From: an uncultured bacterium
GTDB taxonomy: Bacteria; Verrucomicrobiota; Verrucomicrobiia; Limisphaerales; UBA8199
Length of the DNA stretch: 64,000 nt
Reading direction: 5' to 3'
Assembly: GCA_963749495.1 (NCBI GenBank)
Contig: CAVVMW010000015.1
Location: forward strand, 416,001 to 480,000
A program made the translations under genes and the position numbers. The notes below the pieces were generated by a model. It saw nothing but the letters and a program-made list of their open reading frames with translations, searched no databases and was not told the origin of the DNA. Numbering within the stretch: the first letter of the stretch is position 1; the number at the start of each line of letters is the position of its first letter. Positions 33,141 through 42,980 of this stretch are shown here, in pieces.

Positions 33141-33654
33141 CTATTCCGACGTTGCGTTGCACGCGCCGCCATTGGCCGAGGGCCTGACCTGCCTCGACCT
33201 GGTGCGGATGACTCTGGACCGCTACCTCGCCGGGGCAAAGGGCTACCGGCCAGATCGGCTACGGCTGCACACCGACCGACGCGGACCTGATCCCGTGGAA
33301 AACGCCGTGGACTTCGCTGGACACCCTGCCCTCGTTGCTGATCCCGGCCTGCAATTACGCCAACGGGGCGCGTGACCGGAATTGGGCGCGCGCCAACTAC
33401 GACAAGCTGCTCGCGTGGGCCCGCGAGATGATGGCCGCCCACAAGGACGGCAACGGCCTCATCGAATACCCTGGCACCGGCAACTTCGGCGATCGGCCGC
33501 TGACCGACAAGCGCCCGTCGAACTGGTGGGACACGATCTCTACGAGAACGGCGGCGCGACCGGCTGCTGGAGCTACTACACCGTCAAGGCGCTTTACCGG
33601 CTCGGCCGCATCGAAGACGCGCGGCGCATCTTCCACCTGATGTTGGCAGGGTAG
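33141..33654 (+). pseudogene. Fragments of a six-hairpin glycosidase-like gene
   Basis: DGNGLIEY, NWWDTI, YENGGAT segments in shifting frames. Confidence 0.45.
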
Positions 33655-33887
33655 GCGCGGCAGGCGGCGTAGGCCAGGTCGATCGCCCGCTCCACGCCGT
33701 AACAGAACCCAAATTCCTTCGCCAGCTTGATCGTCAGGTCCCCGGCCGAGAGGATATGCCCGTTGGCGCGAATCCGCTCGACCAGGTCGCTCCGGTAATG
33801 CGAGAGCACCTGCGCCTGGACCGCCTCCATAATATCGGGGCGGCGCAGGTTCACCTTCTGTGGCACTGTTGGGGCTTCCGTTAACAT
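33650..33887 (-). pseudogene. ispH: 5' fragment of 4-hydroxy-3-methylbut-2-enyl diphosphate reductase
   Basis: HYRSDLVERIR...TIKLAKEFGFCYGVERAIDLAY (first Fe-S Cys motif); truncated directly afterwards. Confidence 0.85.
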
Positions 33888-33994
33888 GCGCCACAAACTC
33901 TAACACAGCCCCCCGGCGCGTCCAGACCCATTTCATTTCATTTCATTTCGTTATTGCGCATCCCCGCCCCTATGGGATATTCAAGCCCCGGCGT

Positions 33995-34071
33995 CGGAGC
34001 GTAGCTCAGCCTGGTAGAGCACTTGGTTTGGGACCAAGACGTTGCAGGTTCAAATCCTGTCGCTCCGACCA
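33995..34071 (+). tRNA. tRNA-Pro(TGG)
   Basis: CGGAGCGTAGCTCAGCCTGGTAGAGCACTTGGTT-TGG-GACCAAG...GGTTCAAATCCTGTCGCTCCGACCA. Confidence 0.97.
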
Positions 34072-34340
34072 TCCTTTCCACACCGGAAAACGCGGGCGAA
34101 AGTGAAGATTTGGCCGGCTGCGGGCAGGAGAATCCTGGGGAAGCCCCCCAAGGTTTCCCCAAACCAAACGCCAGATTTCCCGGAAACAAGGGGAAGTTTG
34201 CTTCGCCGTGGCGCCAGCGCAGGCCCAGAACGTCATCCCGCTGCCCGCCGCAGCCAACGTGTGAACCCCGCTGATTCCGGCAGGCGGGTGCAAGGGGCGG
34301 GAAACCCGGCGATTGACGGGTTGACATGGGTAACATAAAG

Positions 34341-34442
34341 ACAATCATCATTCTGCTTGGAGGCGGCAGCAAGCGACGGCAGGCGGCTGACATAATCGCC
34401 GCTGTGGAGCGATGGAAGCGGTACAAACAGACGAGAAAGTGA
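34341..34442 (+). pseudogene. 3' remnant of an addiction-module killer toxin (RelE-like, HI1419 type)
   Basis: IIILLGGGSKRRQAADIIAA...W..Y* directly before the antidote gene. Confidence 0.75.
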
Positions 34443-34443
34443 A

Positions 34444-34767
34444 ATGGTAACAACACGAGACTACAGAGAGACGGTCATGGCACGCATAAAGCGCGACCGT
34501 GAATTTGCCCGGCTGTTCTACGCTGGCGCGGTTGAAATGCTTTTGGAAGGCGACACCGCGGGCGCGCTCTCCCGACTGCGCGATCTGGTTCATGCCCAAA
34601 TCACCTTCAAGGACCTGGCGCGGCAGACAGGCTTGGGTGAAAAGTCCCTTCACCGGATGCTCAACCGCAACGGCAACCCCACAGCACGGAACCTGGGAGT
34701 GATCGTCAAGAGCATCGCCGAAGACCTGGGCATCAAACCCCGCGTCGAAGTCGCAGCCTGCCATTGA
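34444..34767 (+). CDS. Addiction-module antidote, HTH (HI1420-like)
   Basis: LARQTGLGEKSLHRMLNRNGNPT. Confidence 0.85.
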   Translation: MVTTRDYRETVMARIKRDREFARLFYAGAVEMLLEGDTAGALSRLRDLVHAQITFKDLARQTGLGEKSLHRMLNRNGNPTARNLGVIVKSIAEDLGIKPRVEVAACH

Positions 34768-34799
34768 GCGCCACCACCCCACCGGCCGGGGACAGTCTG

Positions 34800-35012
34800 C
34801 GAGCGATTCCCCGAAGACTTCGTGTTCCAACTTTCTTCGCGAGAGTTCGCCGCCTTGAGGTTCCAATTTGGAACCTCAAACCGCCGTGGCGGGCCCCGCT
34901 ACCGGCCCTATGGGTTCACCCAAGAAGGAATCGCCATGCTCTCCAGCGTTCTGCAGAGCCCCCGCGCTGCCGCAGTGAACGTCGAGATCAGGCGCGCCTT
35001 TGGCCGTATGCG
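34800..35012 (+). pseudogene. ORF6N/KilA-N-like DNA-binding protein fragment
   Basis: [12 protein letters not shown]...[27 protein letters not shown]...NVEI. Confidence 0.8.
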
Positions 35013-35176
35013 CCCGAGTAACTGCTCGGGTCGGATCGTGGGGAGGGTCCGCTATCGGAGGTTCTTTGCCGAGGCGCCGCGCTCGGAATCGAACAGGAGG
35101 AAACGGAGAGAACAGAGAGCTTCTTTCCGGTCTCCGTTTCCTCTGTTTGCTCCTGTTGAATATCTTCGGCAGGGTT

Positions 35177-35278
35177 TCACAGGTTGGCTCCTGGCAAAAT
35201 CAGCCGGCTGATGCCATCAGTCACTTTCATTTCGTGAAAGTTGATCAGCAGGCCGAGCGGCACATCCAGCAGTTTCAT
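35177..35278 (-). pseudogene. GxxExxY protein 3' fragment flanked by nonamer-type repeats
   Basis: [37 protein letters not shown]...AACAGAG repeats at 35092-35158 and 35286-35311. Confidence 0.65.
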
Positions 35279-35544
35279 CAGGTTAAACAGGAGGCAACAA
35301 AGGCAACAGAGAAAAATCGTGGCTGCCCAGTAGTGGGGCGGGCATCTCAATCCGATGCCACGGACGCGGGCGAAATGCCCAACCCAGCTACCTAAACAGT
35401 TGCGCGCCGGATGCTGCTGTGCGTGCACGAACGCCGGCGCACTGCCCGCCATCAAACTCAACTGCGGGCGCCTCGTCCGTTACCATTGGCCGACCGTGGA
35501 GGCGGCGCTCCTCCGTCAGCAGCGCCGGGGCGGCGGCCGCGCCA

Positions 35545-36221
35545 CGGCTGGCAGCTTCTTGCGGCGCGAGTGGTTCGGGGTGGTCGAGGCGGCGCCCAGG
35601 GAGCTTGCCGGGCGCGGCCGTTACTGGGACAGGGCCGCGACGGAGAAGCGCAGCGACAACGACCCGGACGCCACGGTGGGGCTGCTGCTCTCCAAGGACG
35701 CCCAAGGCATCTACTTCATTGAGGACGTGCGCAAGATGTTCGCCAGCCCGAACCAGGTTGACCGAGCGATGCGGTCGTGCGCGAAGCAGGACGGGGCCGG
35801 GACCGACGTGGGCTACATGCAGGACCCTGGAAGCGCGGGCGTCAACGAAGCGCAAGCGACGGCGCGGGCATTGGACGGGTTCAACGTCCGGTTCGCCCCG
35901 GCCACCGGCGGCAAGGAGACCCGACCCAAACTCCTGTCCGCCCAGGCCGAGGCGGGCAACGTCAAAATTGTCCGGGCACCGTGGAACGACGAGTTCCTGC
36001 GGGCGCTGGAGAACTTCCTGGCCGGCAACCATGATGATGAGGTTGACGCGTTCTCCGGCGCGCACGAGACCATCTGCCGATTGTTTGGCGGGAACGGGCA
36101 GTGGCGTATCGTGGACCAGGATGAGGACAGCGAGGACCCGGAGCGAGACGACCCGGAGTACGCGCCTTACGATCTCGAATCCATGGCTGGCCGACGGTCT
36201 AGCGAGAGAATCGGCTTCTAG
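35545..36221 (+). pseudogene. Phage terminase large subunit, C-terminal nuclease domain only
   Basis: RYWDRAAT...PDATVG, QDPGSAG, GGKETR, AEAGNV, HDDEVDA; no ATPase domain. Confidence 0.8.
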
Positions 36222-36351
36222 GGCTTGACCTAGCCCGCATATTTCATAGTTGATCGCGAAATTTGGCATGAAATCGCCATGGTGGGCCGGATTTACCGGG
36301 CCTGGACCACTGGCAGGATGGCGGGTGGGTTACCGACAGGGTGTCGAACGC

Positions 36352-36573
36352 TCAGCCGACTGCCAAAGCGCGGGGACGAGCGCGCGGCGGCGGGGCGTGC
36401 GGGCGCACCAAATATAGTTCGCTTCGGTTCAAAAGCTCCCACTCGACCTGCTCTCCCGGCTCCAGCCCAATGGCGGCGGCCAGGGGGATCGGAAAATACA
36501 CATAGAGCTTGGGGGTCTGCCCCTTGGAACGGATTGCCTGCACTTTGAGTGAATATTTTACTTGCTTTTTCAT
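36352..36573 (-). CDS. AbrB/MazE/SpoVT-like small DNA-binding protein inside the IS
   Basis: LYVYFPIPLAAAIGLEPGEQVEWEL. Confidence 0.7.
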   Translation of the reverse strand: MKKQVKYSLKVQAIRSKGQTPKLYVYFPIPLAAAIGLEPGEQVEWELLNRSELYLVRPHAPPPRARPRALAVG

Positions 36574-36595
36574 ATCTAGCCTATAGACTAACTAC

Positions 36596-38044
36596 ATGTG
36601 CGTTGCCAATCAAGCAATTCTCTTTGATGACTTGGGTCCTCGCCGTGTGCAAGCCGATTTCTCCGGCGGCGCCCTCTCCAGTGATGCCGGCGCGCTGCTG
36701 CTGCGCCAGGTCGACACTAACCTCGGGGTGACGGCGGAACTGGCGCAATGTTTTTACGACCTGCGTGACCCCGACTGGGTAGACCATTCGGTGCAGGAAC
36801 TCCTGCGCCAGCGCATCTTCGGAACGGCCCTGGGCTACGAAGACATTGAGGATCACCAGCGCCTGCGCTTGGACCCGCTGCTGGCTGCCGCCTGCGGCAA
36901 GACCGATCCGCTGGGACAAGACAGGGTGCTGCCGCAGCACCGGGGCATCGCGCTGGCGGCGCCCTCCACACTCAACCGGCTGGAATTATCCAATAACAAA
37001 GACACGCGCTGCCACAAACTGCCGCACGCCCCAGCCAAGGTGGAAGCCTGCCTGCTGAAAATGGGGGTGCGCTGTCTGCCCAAACGCGCCAAGGAGATCG
37101 TGGTGGATTTGGACGCAATGGGCCATCGGTTGCACGGATTTCAGGAGGGGCGGCACTTCAACGCCTACTATGACGACTATTGTTATCTGCCGCTCTATGC
37201 CTTTGTCGGGGACTTCCCGCTATGGGCGCAACTGCGCACCGCCGAGCACGAGGCAGCCCACGGAGCGGTGCCCGCGCTGGAGAAGATAGTGGCCGCGATT
37301 CGCAAGCGTTGCCCCAAGGCGCGGATTATTGTGCGCGGGGACAGCGGTTTTGGCCGGCAGGAGATTATGGCTTGGTGCGAGAGCCAGCGGGGGATTTACT
37401 ATTGCCTGGGCTTGGCCAAGAACTCGGTGTTAATTGAGAAGCTGGGGCCGGCCCTGGCTCAAGCCCGGGCCCGTCACTGTCTGACCGGTGCGGCCAGCGT
37501 GCGCCAGTTCGCTGAGTTTCAATACCGGACGCTCGACAGTTGGAGTCGGGAGCGCCGGGTGATCGGCAAAGCCGAAGTGATGAACGCAGGGGAAAACCCA
37601 CGGTTTGTGGTGACCAATCTGCCTGCCGAAGGCTTCAAGAACGATGAGGATGAGGATGAGCAACAGAGCCGCTTCAGTCCGGCCCGGCTTTATGAGGAAC
37701 TGTACTGCGCCCGGGGCGATATGGAAAACCTGCTCAAGCAGCAAGTGCTGGATTTACACGCCGACCGGATGAGCACGCATTATATGGCCAGCAATCAGTT
37801 TCGATTGTGGGAGGCCATGTTTGCTTACCTGTTGATGGAGCGCTTGCGCACGCAGGGCTTGGCGGGAACGGAGTTGGAGCGGGCGACGGCTGGGAGCCTG
37901 CGTGTGAAGCTGCTGAAAATCGCGGCCCAGGTGCGCGTGAGCGTGCGCCGGGTCTATGTGCAGATGTGCAGCGCCTATCCCTTGCAAGCGCTGTTTCGGC
38001 GGTGCCACCGGCGGCTGATGGCGTTGGCGCCGGCCCCGGGCTAA
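36596..38044 (+). CDS. IS1380-family DDE transposase
   Basis: FSGGALSSDAGALLL, GYED..D, VDLDA, FNAYYDDYCYLPL, VRGDSGF, YCARGDMEN, NQFRL. Confidence 0.95.
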   Translation: MCVANQAILFDDLGPRRVQADFSGGALSSDAGALLLRQVDTNLGVTAELAQCFYDLRDPDWVDHSVQELLRQRIFGTALGYEDIEDHQRLRLDPLLAAACGKTDPLGQDRVLPQHRGIALAAPSTLNRLELSNNKDTRCHKLPHAPAKVEACLLKMGVRCLPKRAKEIVVDLDAMGHRLHGFQEGRHFNAYYDDYCYLPLYAFVGDFPLWAQLRTAEHEAAHGAVPALEKIVAAIRKRCPKARIIVRGDSGFGRQEIMAWCESQRGIYYCLGLAKNSVLIEKLGPALAQARARHCLTGAASVRQFAEFQYRTLDSWSRERRVIGKAEVMNAGENPRFVVTNLPAEGFKNDEDEDEQQSRFSPARLYEELYCARGDMENLLKQQVLDLHADRMSTHYMASNQFRLWEAMFAYLLMERLRTQGLAGTELERATAGSLRVKLLKIAAQVRVSVRRVYVQMCSAYPLQALFRRCHRRLMALAPAPG

Positions 38045-38240
38045 GTGCAGAAAAATGGGGTCGATGTTTCAAGAGTCACGGGAGGGGTGTTTTCAGCGGC
38101 AGCCTTTTTGTTTGACTAAAGACTCCGTTGCGCCCTGATCAGTGCCCAGACGGAAAAAACTGCGCCGCCCAGCCCGATTTGTCTCCAAAAAATCCTCCGA
38201 AACGCGAAAAGCCGGGTGGGCTATGAAATATGCGGGTTAG

Positions 38241-38313
38241 GTAGGGCGGGCAGTCCTCTGCGCGCCGCTCGCCCGGTCACACCGGACGGCGCGCACGGAG
38301 TGACGCGCCCTAC
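38241..38313. repeat. REP-like inverted pair (GTAGGGCG ... CGCCCTAC)
   Basis: GTAG-initiated palindromic pair abutting the IS1380 right end. Confidence 0.7.
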
Positions 38314-39195
38314 CCACCCGTAACCTGCGGGGCTTGACCCGCAAGCCCACCTGAATAGTTACCAAAGCCGCTCAGCGATCCTGGCAGGGGATTGGCCGGG
38401 ATTGGGGCAGCAGCGTTTCATTGCGGTTGCATCGGCATAGATAAAATCACGGAAGGGAAGAGACAACGCCTGCCTTGGTCTCTTCAACGGGGGTTACTTT
38501 TTTGTCCGGCACCCCCGCTCCGGCTGAAGTCCGGCACGCCGGGCTGACGGCGGGAAGCGCCCGCGCCGGTATGCCCCCGCCCCTGCCCCCGTTCCGGGGC
38601 GCGCGCGCGCGCCGTCTCGCCCTATAAGCCGCCGGGCGCCCGCCCCGGCACCCCCCCCCCTTTGCCACCCCCGCCCTTCAAACCCCATGGCGAGCCGATT
38701 GCGCCCCAAGACGAGGCCGAATTGGCCCTTGTGCCGAACCGCCAGGCTCCCCGCCCCGCCATCTCGCCGCCCCCCGTTCATGAAAGCTCGCCACAGGCCA
38801 AGCCAGAGGAACGTTTTTCGACACGCTGGCCCGTTTTCCGGGTCTGACCACTGGGCGCAATTTGACGTGGTCCTGTGCGCTGGCTACCCGCCCTGCAACG
38901 ATTCGACCGGAACGGAGCGGACTGGCGCTGCGGCCCGCCCGGGGGGCGGATCGGCGAGGCCCGTCCGCCGGCCCTGGCCCGCTGCGGCCCGCATCCGCCC
39001 CGAGGCCGTCCGAATCCCCGCAGATCGCGCCCCGGGGTCTCCAGGCGGCCCTGTTCGGCTCCTGTGGCCTCCCCTTGCGCCATTGCGACTGTACCAACTT
39101 TCAAGCTTCTTATTGACATTCTACGCCAGCGGACACATGGTTAAGCAAGCTGCCAAGCCGCCAGGCCAGCGGAGAGGCAGCCAAACAAAACGACA

Positions 39196-39411
39196 ATGAA
39201 CAAGTCGCCACAGCGACGGAAGAAGCCGCCCCAAGCCACCAAAAAGCCTTTAATTTATCCCGATGAAACAACGGGGAGCAAACTGGCTGCGGAAATGCGG
39301 AAGGAGGCTAACAAGCTGACTTCCGAGCAGAAAAGTCGTTACTTTTGCAAGGCGATGGCGCTGATTTATGCCGGAGACGGGGCAAAAGAGGCCGCTGGCG
39401 TTAGACACTAA
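39196..39411 (+). CDS. Putative antitoxin
   Basis: Small ORF overlapping the PIN gene; TTGACA-17-CATGGT upstream. Confidence 0.65.
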   Translation: MNKSPQRRKKPPQATKKPLIYPDETTGSKLAAEMRKEANKLTSEQKSRYFCKAMALIYAGDGAKEAAGVRH

Positions 39412-39871
39412 TATCCTCTTCGATTTGGCCGAAGAGGAGCAGGTCACCCAAGCTTTTAGAGAGTTTTTCCAGGCGCGGGGCTTTGTGTTTTACCTTCCGC
39501 CGACGGTTTCAGCGGAACTTGCCTTCTTCGCTGAACATGCAGACGAGCGAAAACGCTCGCTTGCGCGCAAGGCCCTTTCTGGGATCCTGAAATGGGGTTT
39601 GATACCTTACCCAATGAAGCCAGTGTGGCAGGACATTGCTGTCCGGTTCTCTGAGCGGCTACGGGAAAAAGGGCTGCTGCCTCCCGACGAAAAGCACGAC
39701 GGAGAGATCCTGGCAGAAACTTCTTTGATGGGCATCCCCGTTCTCGTAACGCGGGACAGCGACCTCCTTGACATTGACCAAACCAGTCTCGTGGTGGCTT
39801 TTCACGAGGCGGATCTTGTTCCGGTTCAGGCCGCACACCCCATGCGCCTCCTCCGAGCCCTCAGCCGCTAA
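39368..39871 (+). CDS. PIN-domain (VapC-like) toxin
   Basis: ALDTNILF, TVSAEL, HDGEILAE, LVTRDSDL. Confidence 0.85.
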   Translation: MPETGQKRPLALDTNILFDLAEEEQVTQAFREFFQARGFVFYLPPTVSAELAFFAEHADERKRSLARKALSGILKWGLIPYPMKPVWQDIAVRFSERLREKGLLPPDEKHDGEILAETSLMGIPVLVTRDSDLLDIDQTSLVVAFHEADLVPVQAAHPMRLLRALSR

Positions 39872-40138
39872 CCGGCTCCCAGGGACCGGAATTCTCGGAG
39901 TGCTTTGCAATTCACCGCTCGCCGCGTTGCCCTGGCGGGCCTGGCACGGGGGGACGGGGCCGGGGAGCCTCCAAAACCATGGCGGATCGGGCGTCCCGCG
40001 CGCCTTGGGGCAGCGTGGGGGCCAGCGGCCCGACTCTTGACTGCTTTGAGGGTTGAAGGCCCTTCAAGGGAGGCTTGGCAGGACCCTCGACGTTTCAGGG
40101 AGCTTGACCAGTTCCGGGCGGAATGGGATGATCCCATT

Positions 40139-40378
40139 ATGAAGCTGACAGCAGATAGTCGAGGCCGGTTGGCATGCATGGACCTGTTCCCTCCGTTCAG
40201 GTCATTTTCAGCAGAGCGGCAGCCGGACGGCAGCATTCGCCTGGTTGAACTGGTCGACAAGCAGGTAACGGTTGTCAGGCCTTTCCGGGTAAACGGAAAG
40301 CTGCGCTGGCCTGAAGGCTTTCGTCCCAGCCGGGTCACGATTGCGGCGGCCGTCCGGGCGGACAGGGACAGCCGATGA
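40139..40378 (+). CDS. AbrB-like putative antitoxin
   Basis: MKLTADSRGRL...PDGSIRLVEL; ATGA overlap with a PIN-like start. Confidence 0.6.
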   Translation: MKLTADSRGRLACMDLFPPFRSFSAERQPDGSIRLVELVDKQVTVVRPFRVNGKLRWPEGFRPSRVTIAAAVRADRDSR

Positions 40379-40518
40379 AACGCTACTGGGACAGTTCGGC
40401 CTTGCTGGACGTGCTGGAGGACAGCCGCATCGAGCGGCGTTCCCAGGAGCCAGATGAGTTGCTGACGGACAATTCTTCCGATATAGAAGGGCGGGCGCAT
40501 CCCGGTTCCCAAGGCTGA
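40375..40518 (+). pseudogene. Truncated PIN-domain toxin
   Basis: MKRYWDSSALL N-terminal PIN motif; only 47 codons. Confidence 0.6.
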
Positions 40519-40719
40519 TCCCAAGCTCCGTTCCATCATGCTTGCTGGGCGCGGGCGGCCATCTCGGCGAAAGATTGCCCGACGCCGGTCGTGATCGCGG
40601 ACACGATAGCCGGGATGAGGCTTTCGACCGCGTGCAGGGGCTGCGGCGGCTGCCCTATTAGCCCCTGGCCTCTGCCGCCTATTCCGTCGCGCTCCCTTTG
40701 GCCCGGCCCGGCTGCCGAA

Positions 40720-40947
40720 TCAGGCCGTCGTTTTTTCAGGCGCTTCCGGGGCGGAGTCGGGGTAGGCGAATTTCAGCAGCAGGGGCGCTCCTCTAACCAG
40801 ATACACCCCGATCAGGACACCCGCAATCTCGGCAACCAGCCTTAAGGTGTCTGGCGAAGGGCACCTCACAAACGTGCGCACGGTATAAGCGATGCCCAGG
40901 ACACCAATGATCCGGAGCACTAACCCGAATTGTTCTCTTGGTTTCAT
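40720..40947 (-). CDS. Small two-TM membrane protein
   Basis: Two hydrophobic segments, ends FAYP. Confidence 0.6.
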   Translation of the reverse strand: MKPREQFGLVLRIIGVLGIAYTVRTFVRCPSPDTLRLVAEIAGVLIGVYLVRGAPLLLKFAYPDSAPEAPEKTTA

Positions 40948-41070
40948 TTCTGACCTTTCTGTCCGTTGTTGCAGTCATCACCCGGCCGCCCACAAAGCAA
41001 AGGCCCTGGGCAAGCGTGACCGGGTGTGTTTGTGTATGTGGGCCGCAGGATAGCCCGCTGGCCCCGCCTG

Positions 41071-42799
41071 TCAACGCGATTCCTCGCCCGGGGGTAATTG
41101 GTCAGTGAAGGCCTCGACGCACTCGTGGACGGACGGGAAGAAGCTCTCGGGGCCGAGTTCCTCGGCCAGGCCGATGCGTTCGAGCATGGCGCGCAGCGGG
41201 CGGTTGGCGTGGGCGATCTTGAGGGCCACGCCCTGCTGGCGCAGTTCGAGGTGAAGGCCGTGGAGGGCCTCGGCGGCGGTCACATCAATATCGGTGATGG
41301 CCTGGGCATCCAGGAGGAACCAGCGGACCTTCGCAGGGGCGGCGGCGATGAGTTGGCGGGCGCGCGCGACGAAATGGCCCGCATTGGAGAACATCAGCGG
41401 GGCATAGAAACGGTATGCGATTAGGCCGGGAACAGTCTGAGTGCCTTGCGCGCCGCCCAGGTCGTGGAAGCCGTGCCCGGGCACCGCGCTGAGCACGGCG
41501 TCAGGAGGACGCGAGATGCGATTGATGAGACCCAGGAGCGAGAGGGCGACGCCCAGCAGGATGCCCGGCACGACCCCAATGGCCAGCACACCCAGGGTGG
41601 TCAGGGCCGCCAACAGGCTGCTGCCGGGGAAACAGCGGTAGAGGCGGACCATCACGTCGAATTCGACGAGGTTGATGCCGCCGAAGATGAGCATGGCGGC
41701 CAGCGCGACCGCCGGCAGGCGCGCCATCGCGGGCGTGAGGAACCACAGGAAAAGCGCCAGGGCCACTGCGGCCACGAGGCTGGAGAGCTGTGTCTTTGCG
41801 CCGGCCATGTCGTTTATGGTCGTGCGGGCCTGGCTGCCCGTGACGGCGAATCCTTGGAAGAGCCCGGCGAACAGGTCCGCCAGCCCCAGGGCAGTCAACT
41901 CCTGGTTGGCGTCAACTTCATAGCCGTTTTTCTCGGCGAAGGCGCGAGCCAGGAGGATGCCCTCGGTATAGGTGAGCAGGGCAATGCCCATGGCCGCCGG
42001 CAGCAACGTGTGAATCTCATGCCAGTCCGTGAGCGGCACCCTGAATACCGGCAGGCCGCCGGGGAAACGGCCCACTACCGCCACGCCGTGCTGGTCGAGC
42101 CGAAAGAGGAACGTCGCCCCCATTGCCAGGACAAACGCCGCCAGGGCCGGCGGCACTTTGGGCGCCAGCCGCCGCAGCAGGAATAGCGCCCCCAGCAGAC
42201 CCAACCCGAAGCACAGCGTCAGCCGGTCCGTGTGCCCGAGCTTGCCAGGCCAGCTCGGCCAGCCGCGGGAAAAAGTCGCTGTGCTCCAACGGCACCCCGA
42301 AGAGCTTGTCGAGCTGGGAGCCGATGAGAATCAACGCCGCCCCGGTCATGTAGCCGACCAGGACCGGTTTGGACAAGAAATCGGCCACCGCGCCGACTTT
42401 GAACCGGGCGCCCAGCAACAACAGCAGGCCGCTCAGCAGGGCGACCGTCGAGGCCAGGGCCGCGGCGTGGGCCGGGTCGCCGTTTGCCAGCGGGCCAATC
42501 GCGCTCGCCACCAGGAGCGAGATGGCGATGTCCGGCCCGACGATGACGTGCCGGGAGCTGCCAAAGAGCGGATAGACCAACAGAGGCACCAGCGCCGCAT
42601 AAAGGCCGTGTTGCGGCGCAATACCCATCAGGCCCGCGTAAGCCACCACCGCCGGGATGAGGACCACGCACACGCTCAGGCCGGCCAGCAAGTCCGCCCG
42701 CAACCATTCGAGCCGGTACTGGCCCAGGAGCGCCAGGCCCGGCACCCACCGAGCAAGGCCGCCAGGCGGCGGCCCCGGGACTGGAGAGGTGGGAGGCAT
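41071..42799 (-). CDS. SulP-family anion transporter with STAS domain; frameshift near 42245
   Basis: DLLAGLSV...PQHGLYAA...FGSSRHVIVGP, DANQEL, STAS YRFYAPLMFSNA and LDAQAITDIDVTA. Confidence 0.92.
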
Positions 42800-42980
42800 G
42801 CGGGGAGTCAGTAGTCAGGTGGCCTCAGGCCCCGGTGGATACTCATATTGTATTAGCGGGAGCATTTGTGGCAGAATCATCCAGGACACGCAAGCGCCCG
42901 GGGCCCCGCCTGAAACCGCAAGCCCCTCTTGGGCGTCTGATCCGTGGAGCATTGAACAATAAACTTGGAAAGAGACAGAT

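Larger units (their letters stand above)
36234..38236 (+). mobile_element. IS1380-family insertion sequence with a passenger gene
   Basis: 16-bp TIR CCCGCATATTTCATAG / CTATGAAATATGCGGG, flanked by CTAG and TTAG. Confidence 0.9.

Noticed and set aside
29036..40600. Intact prophage or ICE with att direct repeats
   Set aside because: No duplicated tRNA 3' end found by eye; only integrase and terminase fragments, with no structural or conjugation genes
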